Shown piece by piece: positions 8,448 to 17,625 of a stretch of 34,261 nt of DNA. Each line of letters starts with the position of its first letter. Position 1 is the first letter of the stretch. The translations under genes and the position numbers were made by a program. The notes beneath the pieces were generated by a model. It was not told the origin of the DNA. It saw only the letters and a list, made by a program, of their open reading frames with translations, and did no database searches. Source of the DNA: Patescibacteria group bacterium (GTDB taxonomy: Bacteria > Patescibacteriota > Microgenomatia > UBA12405 > JAHJSD01); NCBI GenBank assembly GCA_018830585.1, contig JAHJSD010000013.1:1-34261 (forward strand), read 5' to 3'.

Positions 8448-9249
8448 AGCTAAAAATGATTGGCTTCATTCCTTTATGGTTTATTTGGTTTGGGCTCGGA
8501 TGATCTGGCTAAGGCAGTTAGCTTACCGTTTTAACTCTTTTTTCAGTTCTTTGGGTTCAATTTTTTGGCTTGCCGGGAGCCTGCTGACGCTTAATCTTAT
8601 TTTCGGAAAGGTTCATTCTTTGGCCGGCTGGGATTGGCAGAGTATGCTGGTTCTCTATGGCGTTTATAACCTCTGGTGGGGGATAATGGTTGCTTTTTTT
8701 AATGGTGGTTTGGCCATTAGCTCGCGGGTTAGAATGGGTTCGTTGGATAAAATTATGCTTTGGCCGGGAAAAGTCTTTTTTTACGCCTCGATGAAGTTCG
8801 AGCCCGAGCTTTTAACTCACTTTTTATTTGGACTGATAGTTTTGATCGCCGCGCTAATCAGGTCCGGTTTATCAATTTCAATCTCCAACCTTGGTCCTTT
8901 TATTATTTTAATGATTAATAGCTGGCTGTTGATTTTCTTTATCTCCGTTATTTTTGGTGCCACCGCTTTTTGGTTTATTGAAAATTCACATCTGACTAAT
9001 TTGTTTTGGGTTTGGGAGTCATTGGCGAAATATCCCCGTCAGTTTTTTATCCATTATAAATTGCTTTATTTAGCCGTCTATACTATTTTACCGGTTGTTT
9101 TCATCGCCGTCGTACCGGCCGAAGTCCTTTTGAGTAGGTCCAACTGGTTTTTGGTCGCTGGGTCTTTTTTAGTCACCCTGATAGCGGCTTTTTTGGCAAA
9201 AACCATTTGGCGCTTGGGTTTAAAAAGATATTCGGGAGTTTCCATCTAA
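8428..9249 (+). CDS. ABC-2 family permease
   Basis: Multi-TM, LAGWDW, LAKYP, GLKRYSGVS. Confidence 0.88.
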   Translation: MKQWVIEAKNDWLHSFMVYLVWARMIWLRQLAYRFNSFFSSLGSIFWLAGSLLTLNLIFGKVHSLAGWDWQSMLVLYGVYNLWWGIMVAFFNGGLAISSRVRMGSLDKIMLWPGKVFFYASMKFEPELLTHFLFGLIVLIAALIRSGLSISISNLGPFIILMINSWLLIFFISVIFGATAFWFIENSHLTNLFWVWESLAKYPRQFFIHYKLLYLAVYTILPVVFIAVVPAEVLLSRSNWFLVAGSFLVTLIAAFLAKTIWRLGLKRYSGVSI

Positions 9250-9250
9250 G

Positions 9251-10261
9251 ATGAAAAAAGTTTTAGTTATCTGCGGCCCGACGGCTACCGGAAAAACCTC
9301 GGTCGGAATAAGTTTGGCCAAAAAATTTAACGGCGAAATTGTTTCTGCTGATTCCCGGCAGATCTACCAAGGGTTAGATATTGGCACAGGTAAGGACCTT
9401 GATGAAAAATCAAAGTCCAAATATCAAATATCAAAAATAAATACCAAAAATCAAAAGCTCAAGGTTGGCTGGTATCCGATCGATGGTGTTCCGGTTTGGC
9501 TTTTAGACATAGTTTCCCCGAAGGTCCAATTTAATGTTGCCGACTGGCTATCTTGTGCCGATTTGGCAATTGAAGATATTTGGCGCAGAAATAAACTGCC
9601 GATTATTGTTGGCGGCACCGGTTTTTATATTAAAGCTCTGACCGATGATTTGGAAACTTTAGCCATTCCTCCGGACTGGGGATTGAGAAAAAAATTAGAG
9701 AGCCTTTCTTTACCTGAATTGCAGAAAAGGCTAACAGAAGTTAATGCGGAAGCTTTTGAAAAAATGAACTCTTCCGATCAGGCCAACCCAAGAAGGCTGA
9801 TCCGCAAGATAGAAATTAGCCTTGCTAAAAGAAAAAACCTCCTCGTTGCCCTATCGGGGCGAACGTCTTGTACCAGAAGACCAATTCCTCCACGTATTGA
9901 GATAAACTTTTTATCAATAGGGCTAACCGCATCGAGAAAAATAATTTATCAAAAAATAGATTTCCGCGTAAAGGATAGGATTAAAGCGGGTCTTATTGAT
10001 GAGATAAAATCTCTTTTAGAGAAAGGTTTTTCTTGGGCAGATCCCGGAATGGACACCCTTGCTTACAGAGAGTTCCGGCTTTTTGTTGAAGGAGAAGAAA
10101 CTTTTAAACAGGCAACCGAAAGGTGGTTTTTAGATGAATGTCATTATTCTAAAAGGCAGCAGACTTGGTTTAAAAAGCAAAAAGATATTCGCTGGTTTGA
10201 TATTTCCAAAAAGGGGTTCCGGTCTGAAATAGCAAAGCTGGTAGAAAGATGGTATATTTAA
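9251..10261 (+). CDS. miaA: tRNA dimethylallyltransferase
   Basis: GPTATGKT, SADSRQIYQGLDIGTGK, VGGTGFY, YSKRQQTWF. Confidence 0.97.
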   Translation: MKKVLVICGPTATGKTSVGISLAKKFNGEIVSADSRQIYQGLDIGTGKDLDEKSKSKYQISKINTKNQKLKVGWYPIDGVPVWLLDIVSPKVQFNVADWLSCADLAIEDIWRRNKLPIIVGGTGFYIKALTDDLETLAIPPDWGLRKKLESLSLPELQKRLTEVNAEAFEKMNSSDQANPRRLIRKIEISLAKRKNLLVALSGRTSCTRRPIPPRIEINFLSIGLTASRKIIYQKIDFRVKDRIKAGLIDEIKSLLEKGFSWADPGMDTLAYREFRLFVEGEETFKQATERWFLDECHYSKRQQTWFKKQKDIRWFDISKKGFRSEIAKLVERWYI

Positions 10262-10276
10262 GAAGAAACACTTTCT

Positions 10277-11278
10277 ATGGCTATGGCAAAAGAAATTAAG
10301 AAAGTTGAAATTTCCAGAAAGACGATTATCTTTCTGGCTCTTTTTTTGACTTTAATCTGGTTTTTATACCAGATAAAAGATATCTTGTTGGCCCTTTTTA
10401 TTTCCCTGATTTTGGTAGGCGCCCTTAACCCGTTGGTAACCAGGTTGGAAAAAAAAGGAGTGGCCCGCTGGTCGGCGATTTTCTTTTTTTACTCTCTGAT
10501 ATTGATAGTCTTGCTTTTAGCAATTGCCGGGTTGGTTCCTCCTTTAGTGGAGCAAACCGGGCTTTTGGTCCAGGCGATAACCAATCTTTCCGGCAAACTT
10601 TCGTTTTTGGGGCTGTCTTCCGAAATCTTGCAGTCTCAGCTTCAGGGTTTAGGTGGCTTGCCCTCTCAGATAGCGAAACTGGTGTTTTCTGTTTTCTCGA
10701 ATATTGCCGCAATTTTAGCTATTTTGATAATCACTTTTTATCTGCTTTTGGAACATAAAAATTTAGACCGTTATCTTTTTTCCGTTTTCGGCTCTAAAGG
10801 AAAAGACAGGGCCAAAGCGGTTGTCGAGAAGTTAGAAGAAAAAATGGGCAGCTGGGTTCGGGCTCAACTGCTTTTAATGACCATCATTGGTTTGCTCTCC
10901 TATTTGGGCTTTAAACTTTTGGGATTGAAGTTCGCTCTCCCGTTAGCGATTCTGGCAGGTTTTTTAGAACTGGTACCCAACATCGGTCCGACAATCGCTG
11001 CCATTCCGGCTATTTTGGTTGGTTTGATGGTTTCTCCTCTGATAGCCTTTTTGACCTTAGCCTGGTGTCTCATTATCCAGCAATTGGAAAACAGCCTGAT
11101 TGTTCCGAAATTGATGCAAAAATCTGTCGGCGTCAATCCCTTAATAACGATTCTGTCCTTGGCAATCGGTTTTAAGTTGGCCGGAATTAAGGGCGCTGTT
11201 TTGGCAGTGCCGATCTATTTGATGGTGGAGACCTTTTGGTTAGAGCGGAAGTTTTTTAAAAAAACCAAAGGTGAGTAA
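10277..11278 (+). CDS. AI-2E family transporter
   Basis: Multi-TM; ELVPNIGP, QQLENSLIVPKLM. Confidence 0.92.
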   Translation: MAMAKEIKKVEISRKTIIFLALFLTLIWFLYQIKDILLALFISLILVGALNPLVTRLEKKGVARWSAIFFFYSLILIVLLLAIAGLVPPLVEQTGLLVQAITNLSGKLSFLGLSSEILQSQLQGLGGLPSQIAKLVFSVFSNIAAILAILIITFYLLLEHKNLDRYLFSVFGSKGKDRAKAVVEKLEEKMGSWVRAQLLLMTIIGLLSYLGFKLLGLKFALPLAILAGFLELVPNIGPTIAAIPAILVGLMVSPLIAFLTLAWCLIIQQLENSLIVPKLMQKSVGVNPLITILSLAIGFKLAGIKGAVLAVPIYLMVETFWLERKFFKKTKGE

Positions 11279-11609
11279 GCCAGATTCTGTTCTTCCGAAT
11301 CTTCAAAGAAACCCGGAATAAGTTCATCTATCTAATGCTCTCTACCTGGCGCTTTCCCCAAAATTTTAGGGGTAGAGGGAGGCTCTCGGCGCCTTTTTGA
11401 GATTGCTCAAGGGAGGGTTGCCCGTTTCACTTCATCTACCTAAGCGTTTAAGCTTTTGGCAGAATCTTCGTCACTGTGGCCCTATCTCTTCCCGGCTTTA
11501 CGTCGGGAGTTCCGTCTTGCGTTGGAACACCTTTGCCTCCGTGAGTCTGGACTTTCCTACCCACCAAAAGCTTACGCATTTAGGCGGGTCGAACTTCCTG
11601 ACCTTTGGT
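11264..11609 (-). ncRNA. rnpB: RNase P RNA
   Basis: Minus strand GGAAAGTCCAGACT near the 5' end and ACAGAATCTGGCTTA near the 3' end; P1 ends ACCAAAGGT/ACCTTTGGT; promoter TTGAAG-17-TATAAT (11644-11616). Confidence 0.93.
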
Positions 11610-11748
11610 GATCTGATTATACTACAGTTATAGGATATCTTCAAGATTCAGTTTTCCCGTTCAAACCCGACTAATCACTCTTCTTCGATTTCGGAACAAG
11701 GGTTCTCTATTATTAACATTTCTCCATCGGGTCCGGTAAGAAGTAATG

Positions 11749-11924
11749 TATCACACACCGATCACACACCAGGTGTGTGTTAGGTTGACACATCGGGAAT
11801 TGTTTCCAAAATACCCCGCGCCAGGGCGGGAAAGTGTATTTTATTCTTCGAGCAACGTCGAGAAGAATTTGTTAAATAAATTCGATCCTGGAAACGAAAG
11901 ACTTAAAACGATCCAGGATCGTGA
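11749..11924 (+). repeat. Modular repeat element, near full-length copy (modules A+B)
   Basis: CACACACCAGGTGTGTGTTAGGTTGACACATCGGGAATT ... TTCTTCGAGCAACGTCGAGAAGAATTTGTTAAAT ... TTCGATCCTGGA...GATCCAGGATCGTGA; matches 26901-27048. Confidence 0.85.
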
Positions 11925-12146
11925 CCTCTTTATTTTCTCTGTTACCCCGAGCTTTTCCCTGCCACCTTGACCCCCTATTTCCCCTGTCGCCCTGATCTTC
12001 CCTTTCCGCCATTTCTCGCCTCGCTGGGCGGTTGAAGCGGGCCGGCAGGAGTGAAGTACCGTAAGGCTTTAGCCAGTGGTATTTCATTTCACCAGTTTCA
12101 AACCCTCTTTCTTCACCGGAAATGGTATAAATAAAGCAGGAAAATC

Positions 12147-13688
12147 ATGCTTGCCAAAATTTATTCCGTTGCCAATAAAGGTTTAGAAACGATAAAGATA
12201 GAGGTTGAAGTGGATGTGGCAAAGAAAGGCTTTCCCAGTCTTCAGATTGTCGGTTTGCCCAGCAAAGCGGTTGAAGAAGCCAAAGAAAGGGTCAGAACGG
12301 CGATCGTTAACTCCGGAATCGATTTTCCCAGCCGGTCAAAAGTAATTATCAATCTTGCTCCGGCAGATGTAGTCAAGGAGGGTTCCTGTTATGATTTACC
12401 GATTGCCTTAGCTGTCTTATTGGCTTCCGGTCAGATAAGAAACGACCCATTGTTGTTTAAAGAAAGTTTGTTTTATGGCGAACTCTCCTTGGACGGCAGC
12501 CTAAGACACACCAAGGGGGTTTTTCTTTTAGCCGCTTTTGCCAAAGATGAAAATTTTAAAAATATTTTTGTCCCTCCGGATTCTGCCAACGAAGCCGCTT
12601 GTTTAAGCAAGCCAATAGTTTACCCGGTTTTTTCTTTGACTAAATTGTTGGTTCACCTAACCGGTCTTGAAAAAATAAGACCGCTTAAAAAAGTATCGGT
12701 TTCGCAGCTGCTTAAAAATCCGGAATCGGAATTTGATATGGCCGACGTTGTTGGTCAATATCAGGCCAAAAGAGCTTTGGAAATTGCCGCCGCCGGCGAT
12801 CACAATGTTTTTATGAAAGGGCCTCCGGGGTCAGGTAAAACTATGTTAGCCCGGGCAATGACCGGAATAATGCCCCCTTTAACAGAAGAGGCATCTTTAG
12901 AAGTGACCAAAATTTATTCTTTAACCGGGAACCTCAAGCCGGGCGAGTTTATTGTTAAAGAAAGACCTTTCAGGGCGCCCCACCATACTATCAGCCGGGT
13001 CGGCCTGATTGGCGGCGGCAGTAAACTGCAACCCGGAGAAGTAAGCATGGCCCACCGGGGAATTTTATTTTTGGACGAAATTTCCGAATTTCCAAGGAGT
13101 GTCATCGAGTCTTTGCGCCAGCCGATAGAAGACCGCCGGGTGACAATCAGCCGGGCTTTGGGAACGGCCACTTTTCCGTCTACCTTCTTAATGGTGGCGG
13201 CCAGCAACCCTTGTCCCTGCGGCTTCTTGGGTCACCCTGAGAAAGCCTGCCGCTGTTTGCCCGGAGACATTGCCCGCTACCGGCGGAAAATATCCGGACC
13301 GATTTTAGACCGGATCGACATTCATATCGAGGTTCCGGCCGTGCCGGCGGGGAAACTGACGGACAAAAATAATTTTAGCGAGTCTTCGGCTTTGATCAGA
13401 AAGAGAGTTATCTTTGCCAGGGAAAGACAGAAAAAGCGGTTTAAAGATACCAATCTCATATCCAATGGTGAAATGAGGACCGAAGAAATCAAGCGGTATT
13501 GTCCTTTAAACACCGATTGTCTTAACCTTTTGCGCCAGGCGGTTTCGCAGAGCAACCTTTCCGCCCGGGCCTATTTTAAGATAATCAAAATTGCCCGTAC
13601 TATTGCCGATTTATCCAACGAGGAAGAAATAAAAATTGCCCATTTGGCAGAAGCTCTGCAGTATCGGCCAAAAGAAGACGACTATTGA
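12147..13688 (+). CDS. comM: ComM/YifB Mg-chelatase-like AAA+ ATPase
   Basis: INLAPAD, GPPGSGKTMLA, RPFRAPHHT, NPCPCG, ISGPILDRID. Confidence 0.96.
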   Translation: MLAKIYSVANKGLETIKIEVEVDVAKKGFPSLQIVGLPSKAVEEAKERVRTAIVNSGIDFPSRSKVIINLAPADVVKEGSCYDLPIALAVLLASGQIRNDPLLFKESLFYGELSLDGSLRHTKGVFLLAAFAKDENFKNIFVPPDSANEAACLSKPIVYPVFSLTKLLVHLTGLEKIRPLKKVSVSQLLKNPESEFDMADVVGQYQAKRALEIAAAGDHNVFMKGPPGSGKTMLARAMTGIMPPLTEEASLEVTKIYSLTGNLKPGEFIVKERPFRAPHHTISRVGLIGGGSKLQPGEVSMAHRGILFLDEISEFPRSVIESLRQPIEDRRVTISRALGTATFPSTFLMVAASNPCPCGFLGHPEKACRCLPGDIARYRRKISGPILDRIDIHIEVPAVPAGKLTDKNNFSESSALIRKRVIFARERQKKRFKDTNLISNGEMRTEEIKRYCPLNTDCLNLLRQAVSQSNLSARAYFKIIKIARTIADLSNEEEIKIAHLAEALQYRPKEDDY

Positions 13689-13748
13689 TTTAAATATTTA
13701 TCATTTCTTGTGCCGTCCAGCCTATTTTTTTGGCCGGAAACCGATTAA

Positions 13749-13790
13749 GAAAACCCCCCCGTTTCTTAGTTCGGAAAAAGGGGAGTTTTC
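13749..13790. terminator. Hairpin between convergent genes
   Basis: AGAAAACCCCCC...GGGGAGTTTTCT. Confidence 0.5.
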
Positions 13791-13806
13791 TAACCTTCGA
13801 TACTTC

Positions 13807-13956
13807 TTATTTTGCGGAAACAAACTTGAACATTACTGTTCCGCAGTCAGGACACTTGGCTTTTACAAAAGGTCTACCGTTTTTAGCGGTTCCGTGCTCA
13901 CAGCTGGCATCATCGACATCCTTTTTAGCGCGACATTTTACACAGTAGAAAACCAT
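13807..13956 (-). CDS. Small zinc-ribbon protein, DUF5679-like (49 aa; absent from the ORF track)
   Basis: MVFYCVKCRAKKDVDDASCEHGTAKNGRPFVKAKCPDCGTVMFKFVSAK; RBS GGGGGTGA. Confidence 0.85.
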   Translation of the reverse strand: MVFYCVKCRAKKDVDDASCEHGTAKNGRPFVKAKCPDCGTVMFKFVSAK

Positions 13957-14112
13957 TCTTACTTTCACCCCCTTCCAAAGCAGGAAAATTCAAGTAGGCA
14001 CAATATAACATGGTCCAGGCAGGAATTGCAAGTGAAGCTCTCTTGAGGTAACGTCTGGAGGAAAATTTCCGTTCTCCGTCGTTCTGAACCAATGGTGACG
14101 GAAGGTCTTCCC

Positions 14113-14303
14113 TCGTCATTCTGGGTGTAGCGAAGAATCCCCTAATCTTCGGGTGATTCTTCTCTAAAAGGGGATCTGTCTGCTCGCCTCGCTAAGCGGT
14201 CGAAGCGAGCCTGTGTCTACGCCACACCCCCGGGGTGACCTGCCTGCCGGCAGGCAGGGCTTTTGGCTCCCCGGGGGTGGGTTAATTCGATCCAGGATCG
14301 TGA
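14113..14303 (+). repeat. Palindromic repeat cluster
   Basis: GTCATTCTG..GCGAAGAATCCC; CTCGCCTCGCTAAGCGGTCGAAGCG; ACACCCCCGGGGTG-CCTGCCTGCCGGCAGGCAGG-GGCTCCCCGGGGGTGGG; AATTCGATCCAGGATCGTGA. Confidence 0.75.
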
Positions 14304-14448
14304 TGGTCTCTATCGTTCGAGTTCCTCGGCCTGAGCCAAGTTGAATTTTTTTGCGGATCCCCTTTTCAAAAGGAGAGAGGTAGATACTTTGTGACAGTTG
14401 AGGTTATGAGGTTATATGATAGAGCTAAAGTTATTAAAACCAAAAAAC

Positions 14449-14988
14449 ATGTCAGGAGAATCTTCTGAAATACCAATAAAAGATAGCAGTAAAGAAACAA
14501 TCCGAGGGATTACTTATGAAAGAATACCCTTTCCCACAGAAGGGAGATTTGTTAGGTCTTTTCTGGAAGCTCATCCAGAGATTGCTTTAACGAGAGATTT
14601 ATGGCCAGACTTAATTGAGACGAACAGAAGTCGTCCCGAAGCAACGATATTATTTGCTGGATTTAAGAGATGGAACACAGAGGGCATGATGAGGGGACGA
14701 ACTGTCCACAAGTTAGCTGAACAGCTTGATGATACGATCGGGTTCATTGACTGGATGACTACTACTCATATTGAAGAATTGGTGGCTCGTGGGTTGGCTG
14801 ATCACTTTGAGGATTGTGGATACCAAGGCGTCAAATTATTTGGGGTGTTTCACAGGGGCTATTTTGCCCTTAGGTTGACTAACACACACCAGGCTAACAC
14901 ACACCAGGTGTGTGTTAGGTTGACACATCGGGAATTATTTTCAAAATACCCTACATCAGATGTGGGAAATTCTTCGGGCGCATTATAA
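14449..14988 (+). CDS. Hypothetical protein, C-terminus supplied by a repeat element (probably truncated)
   Basis: Open frame, likely start MSGE at 14449; from about 14879 it translates repeat module A (THQVCVRLTHRELF). Confidence 0.55.
   Translation: MSGESSEIPIKDSSKETIRGITYERIPFPTEGRFVRSFLEAHPEIALTRDLWPDLIETNRSRPEATILFAGFKRWNTEGMMRGRTVHKLAEQLDDTIGFIDWMTTTHIEELVARGLADHFEDCGYQGVKLFGVFHRGYFALRLTNTHQANTHQVCVRLTHRELFSKYPTSDVGNSSGAL
14879..14936 (+). repeat. Repeat module A
   Basis: CTAACACACACCAGG twice, then TGTGTGTTAGGTTGACACATCGGGAATT. Confidence 0.85.
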
Positions 14989-15310
14989 TCTTGAGCAGTT
15001 CGACGAGTTTGCCCTGAGTGAGCCGAAGGGCTCACTGTTGAACTTGTCGAAGGATTATAATCCTGGGGTTTTGTCGAAGGAGTTGAGAAGAATGGTTAAA
15101 ACGGGTTCTCGGCAAGCCTTTGGCTCTGAGCCAAAGTCGAGGGCCTCGAACGTAAGTTTTCCGAGTAACCCTTTCCGGAGCAACCCCCGGAAGTCGGATC
15201 AGTTTCTTTTTTCCTCCGGAATGTTTCAGAGGCCCGAAAGCAGGACAGCCAAAAAAGTATTTTTCTATTAATCCTTGGGTACAATAAACATCGAAACTCT
15301 AACTCTTTTG

Positions 15311-15340
15311 TTGACACAATCGACTTTCTGACAGTACAAT
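15311..15340 (+). promoter_or_regulatory. Sigma70-type promoter
   Basis: TTGACA, 18 nt, TACAAT, ending 10 nt before ATG 15351. Confidence 0.6.
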
Positions 15341-15350
15341 TAAGTTAATC

Positions 15351-15794
15351 ATGCTTGATAGGGTTTTGTTTATTCTGCTTTTGGTTTGGAACTTGGTTAG
15401 CACCTCTTTTATTTTTTTGCTGGTTTTTTATTACCGTCGCTTGACTAAAGGGGTCAAGCAAGGTAATCTTAAAAGAATTTTGAAGTCGCTTTTAAAACAG
15501 GGAAAGCTTTCTGAAGAAAATTTTAAAGAGCTGGAAAAAAGGATTGTCTGTTTGGAAGGGGAAGAGAAACTTTCTCTGAAAAAGATAGGCTTAGCCAAGT
15601 TTAATCCTTTTTCGGAATTAGGAGGAGATCAAAGTTTTTCCTTAGCGTTATTAAACCGGAAAGACAGCGGGATTGTCGTTACCAGCCTTCATGGTCGCCA
15701 AACTACCAGGATTTATGCTAAACTGGTCGACGGCAAAAAGGAAAAAGTAAAGTTTTCGGCAGAAGAATCTGAGGCGATTAAAAAAGCTTTATAA
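15351..15794 (+). CDS. DUF4446-like membrane-anchored protein
   Basis: N-terminal TM; KFNPFSELGGDQSFSLALL, SLHGRQTTRIYAK, SAEESEAI. Confidence 0.85.
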   Translation: MLDRVLFILLLVWNLVSTSFIFLLVFYYRRLTKGVKQGNLKRILKSLLKQGKLSEENFKELEKRIVCLEGEEKLSLKKIGLAKFNPFSELGGDQSFSLALLNRKDSGIVVTSLHGRQTTRIYAKLVDGKKEKVKFSAEESEAIKKAL

Positions 15795-15810
15795 ACCTCA
15801 TTTCATTAAA

Positions 15811-17037
15811 ATGAATAATAAAACTAAAATTTTGTTATTTGGTTTTGGTCTTTATTTTCTAAGCACAGGCTTGTCTTTTGCCGCTTTTTCCAAGACGGAT
15901 TCGATTTCCTCAATGATCTCTCCTGTCGGTGATCAGAAAACCAAAGAGGACGAGCTTAGCCAGGAACAGATTTTCTTTACCGGTCCGAGAGACCAGGAGT
16001 GCCCTATTAACGGAAAGAAATATACTAAAGAACAATTAGCCATTTGGGAGAAGAAAAGGCCTTTGATGGTGATGGTTGAGAACCATGAAAATTCCCGGCC
16101 CCAATCAGGATTATCCCGGGCAGATGTGGTTTACGAGTCGGTGGCAGAGGGCGGTATTACCCGCTTTTTGGGGGTTTATTATTGCGAAGCTACCGAGCCT
16201 TATTCCGGCAAATATGATCTGGGTCCGGTTAGATCGGCCAGAACTTACTTTCTGGATTGGGCTTCGGAATATTCCGATTATCCTTTGTATGTTCATGTCG
16301 GCGGAGCCCACTGCAGTTCTAACGGCAGTTACTGTACTACCGACAAAAGGGCCCAAGCCTTGGAGCAAATTGGCCAATATGGCTGGCTTGACCCCGACCA
16401 TAGAAGCGATATGAACCAGTTTGCTCTTAGCTACCGGGAGTGTCGTCGGGAACCGGAGAGGACCGGAGAATCAAGGGCGACCGAACACACGATGTATTGT
16501 GACAGCAACGCTCTTTGGGCTAAGGCGGAATCGCGTGATTTGGCCGCAAAAAACAAAAGCGGCGATTCCTGGGATGAGGATTTCCGCCAGTGGAAGTTTA
16601 AAGATGAAGCCGCTTCAGTCAAAAGAGGCACCGTTTCAAAAATAGAATTCGATTTCTGGGAAAGTTATAGTGATTACCATGTTAAATGGGACTACGACAG
16701 GGAGAAGAATTTGTATTTCCGTTCAAACGGAGATCAGGATCAGAAAGACTTTATCAACAATCAGCCTTTGAGCGCAAAAACGGTAGTAATTCAGTTTACT
16801 AAAGAGATTGGTCCGGTCGATGAGCACAAGCATATGCTTTATACCACCATCGGCCAAGGCAAGGCTTTAATTTTCCGGGACGGAGAGGCTATTGAGGGCA
16901 AGTGGAGTAAAGAAACCAGAAAAGAGAGGACTGTCTTTACCGACTCTAAAGGAAAAGAAGTCGAATTCAACCGCGGCCGGATTTGGATTGAAATTCTATC
17001 AAATACTAACGAAGTGGACTACAATGAAGCCGGTTAA
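15811..17037 (+). CDS. DUF3048-like exported protein
   Basis: RPLMVMVEN..RPQSGLSRADVVYE..EGGITRF, GPVRSARTYF, GRIWIEI. Confidence 0.88.
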   Translation: MNNKTKILLFGFGLYFLSTGLSFAAFSKTDSISSMISPVGDQKTKEDELSQEQIFFTGPRDQECPINGKKYTKEQLAIWEKKRPLMVMVENHENSRPQSGLSRADVVYESVAEGGITRFLGVYYCEATEPYSGKYDLGPVRSARTYFLDWASEYSDYPLYVHVGGAHCSSNGSYCTTDKRAQALEQIGQYGWLDPDHRSDMNQFALSYRECRREPERTGESRATEHTMYCDSNALWAKAESRDLAAKNKSGDSWDEDFRQWKFKDEAASVKRGTVSKIEFDFWESYSDYHVKWDYDREKNLYFRSNGDQDQKDFINNQPLSAKTVVIQFTKEIGPVDEHKHMLYTTIGQGKALIFRDGEAIEGKWSKETRKERTVFTDSKGKEVEFNRGRIWIEILSNTNEVDYNEAG

Positions 17038-17623
17038 AACTCTTAAGAGAATTATTGTTTCCGAATCCCGCCTCAAGCTCCTGCAAATTTTTTTTTACAG
17101 TGTGGACGGAATGTTTTATGTCCGGCAATTGACCAGGCTGACAAAAGAGAAACTGAATTCAATCCGCCGGGAACTGCAAAACCTGAAAGCGGCAGGGATC
17201 TTGGAAAGCGAGTGGCGTGGTAACAAGCTTTTTTACTGGATAAATAAAAAGAACCCATTTTATCAGGAAATTTTAGCCATTATCATGAAGACAAAAGGTT
17301 TGGGGGGTAACCTGATTAAATACCGCCAAAAATTAGGCAAGATAAAATTTGTGATTTTTTCCGGCAGGTTTATAACCGGTTTTAGCAGCTTGGGAAAAAA
17401 GGATCTGATTGATCTTTTACTGGTAGGCAAAATTGTTTTGCCCGAGCTGGGAGTCTTGGTAAGAGAAGAGGAAAAAGTAAGAAGTTCGGAGATTAATTAT
17501 ACTGTGATGAATGAGACGGATTTTGCTTTCAGAAAGAAAAATAGAGATCCGTTTTTACTCCAAATCCTGCTCCAGCCCAGAATAATGATTATTGGCAGCG
17601 AAGAAGAAATGGTAAATTTCTAA
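17024..17623 (+). CDS. Winged-helix regulator with degenerate nucleotidyltransferase-like C-domain
   Basis: Start moved to ATG 17024; YVRQLTRLTKEKLNSIRRELQNL, IDLLLVG, EINYTVM. Confidence 0.75.
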   Translation: MKPVKTLKRIIVSESRLKLLQIFFYSVDGMFYVRQLTRLTKEKLNSIRRELQNLKAAGILESEWRGNKLFYWINKKNPFYQEILAIIMKTKGLGGNLIKYRQKLGKIKFVIFSGRFITGFSSLGKKDLIDLLLVGKIVLPELGVLVREEEKVRSSEINYTVMNETDFAFRKKNRDPFLLQILLQPRIMIIGSEEEMVNF

Positions 17624-17625
17624 AA

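Noticed and set aside
11397-11633. 78-aa ORF (and ORF 27093-27314)
   Set aside because: Antisense to rnpB and to the T-box respectively
11725-11748. SRP RNA helix-8-like motif (CATCGGGTCCGGTAAGAAGTAATG)
   Set aside because: Conserved positions mismatch and there is no long enclosing stem; the minus strand reads as a plausible gene tail
13636-14119. ORFs 13636-14046, 13730-13948 and 13925-14119
   Set aside because: Shadows of the 49-aa minus-strand gene and its flanks
14995-15270. Structured ncRNA or ORFs 14960-15271 and 15096-15317
   Set aside because: Largely repeated GTCGAAGG-type hairpin fragments; no RNA family or protein motif that I can recognise
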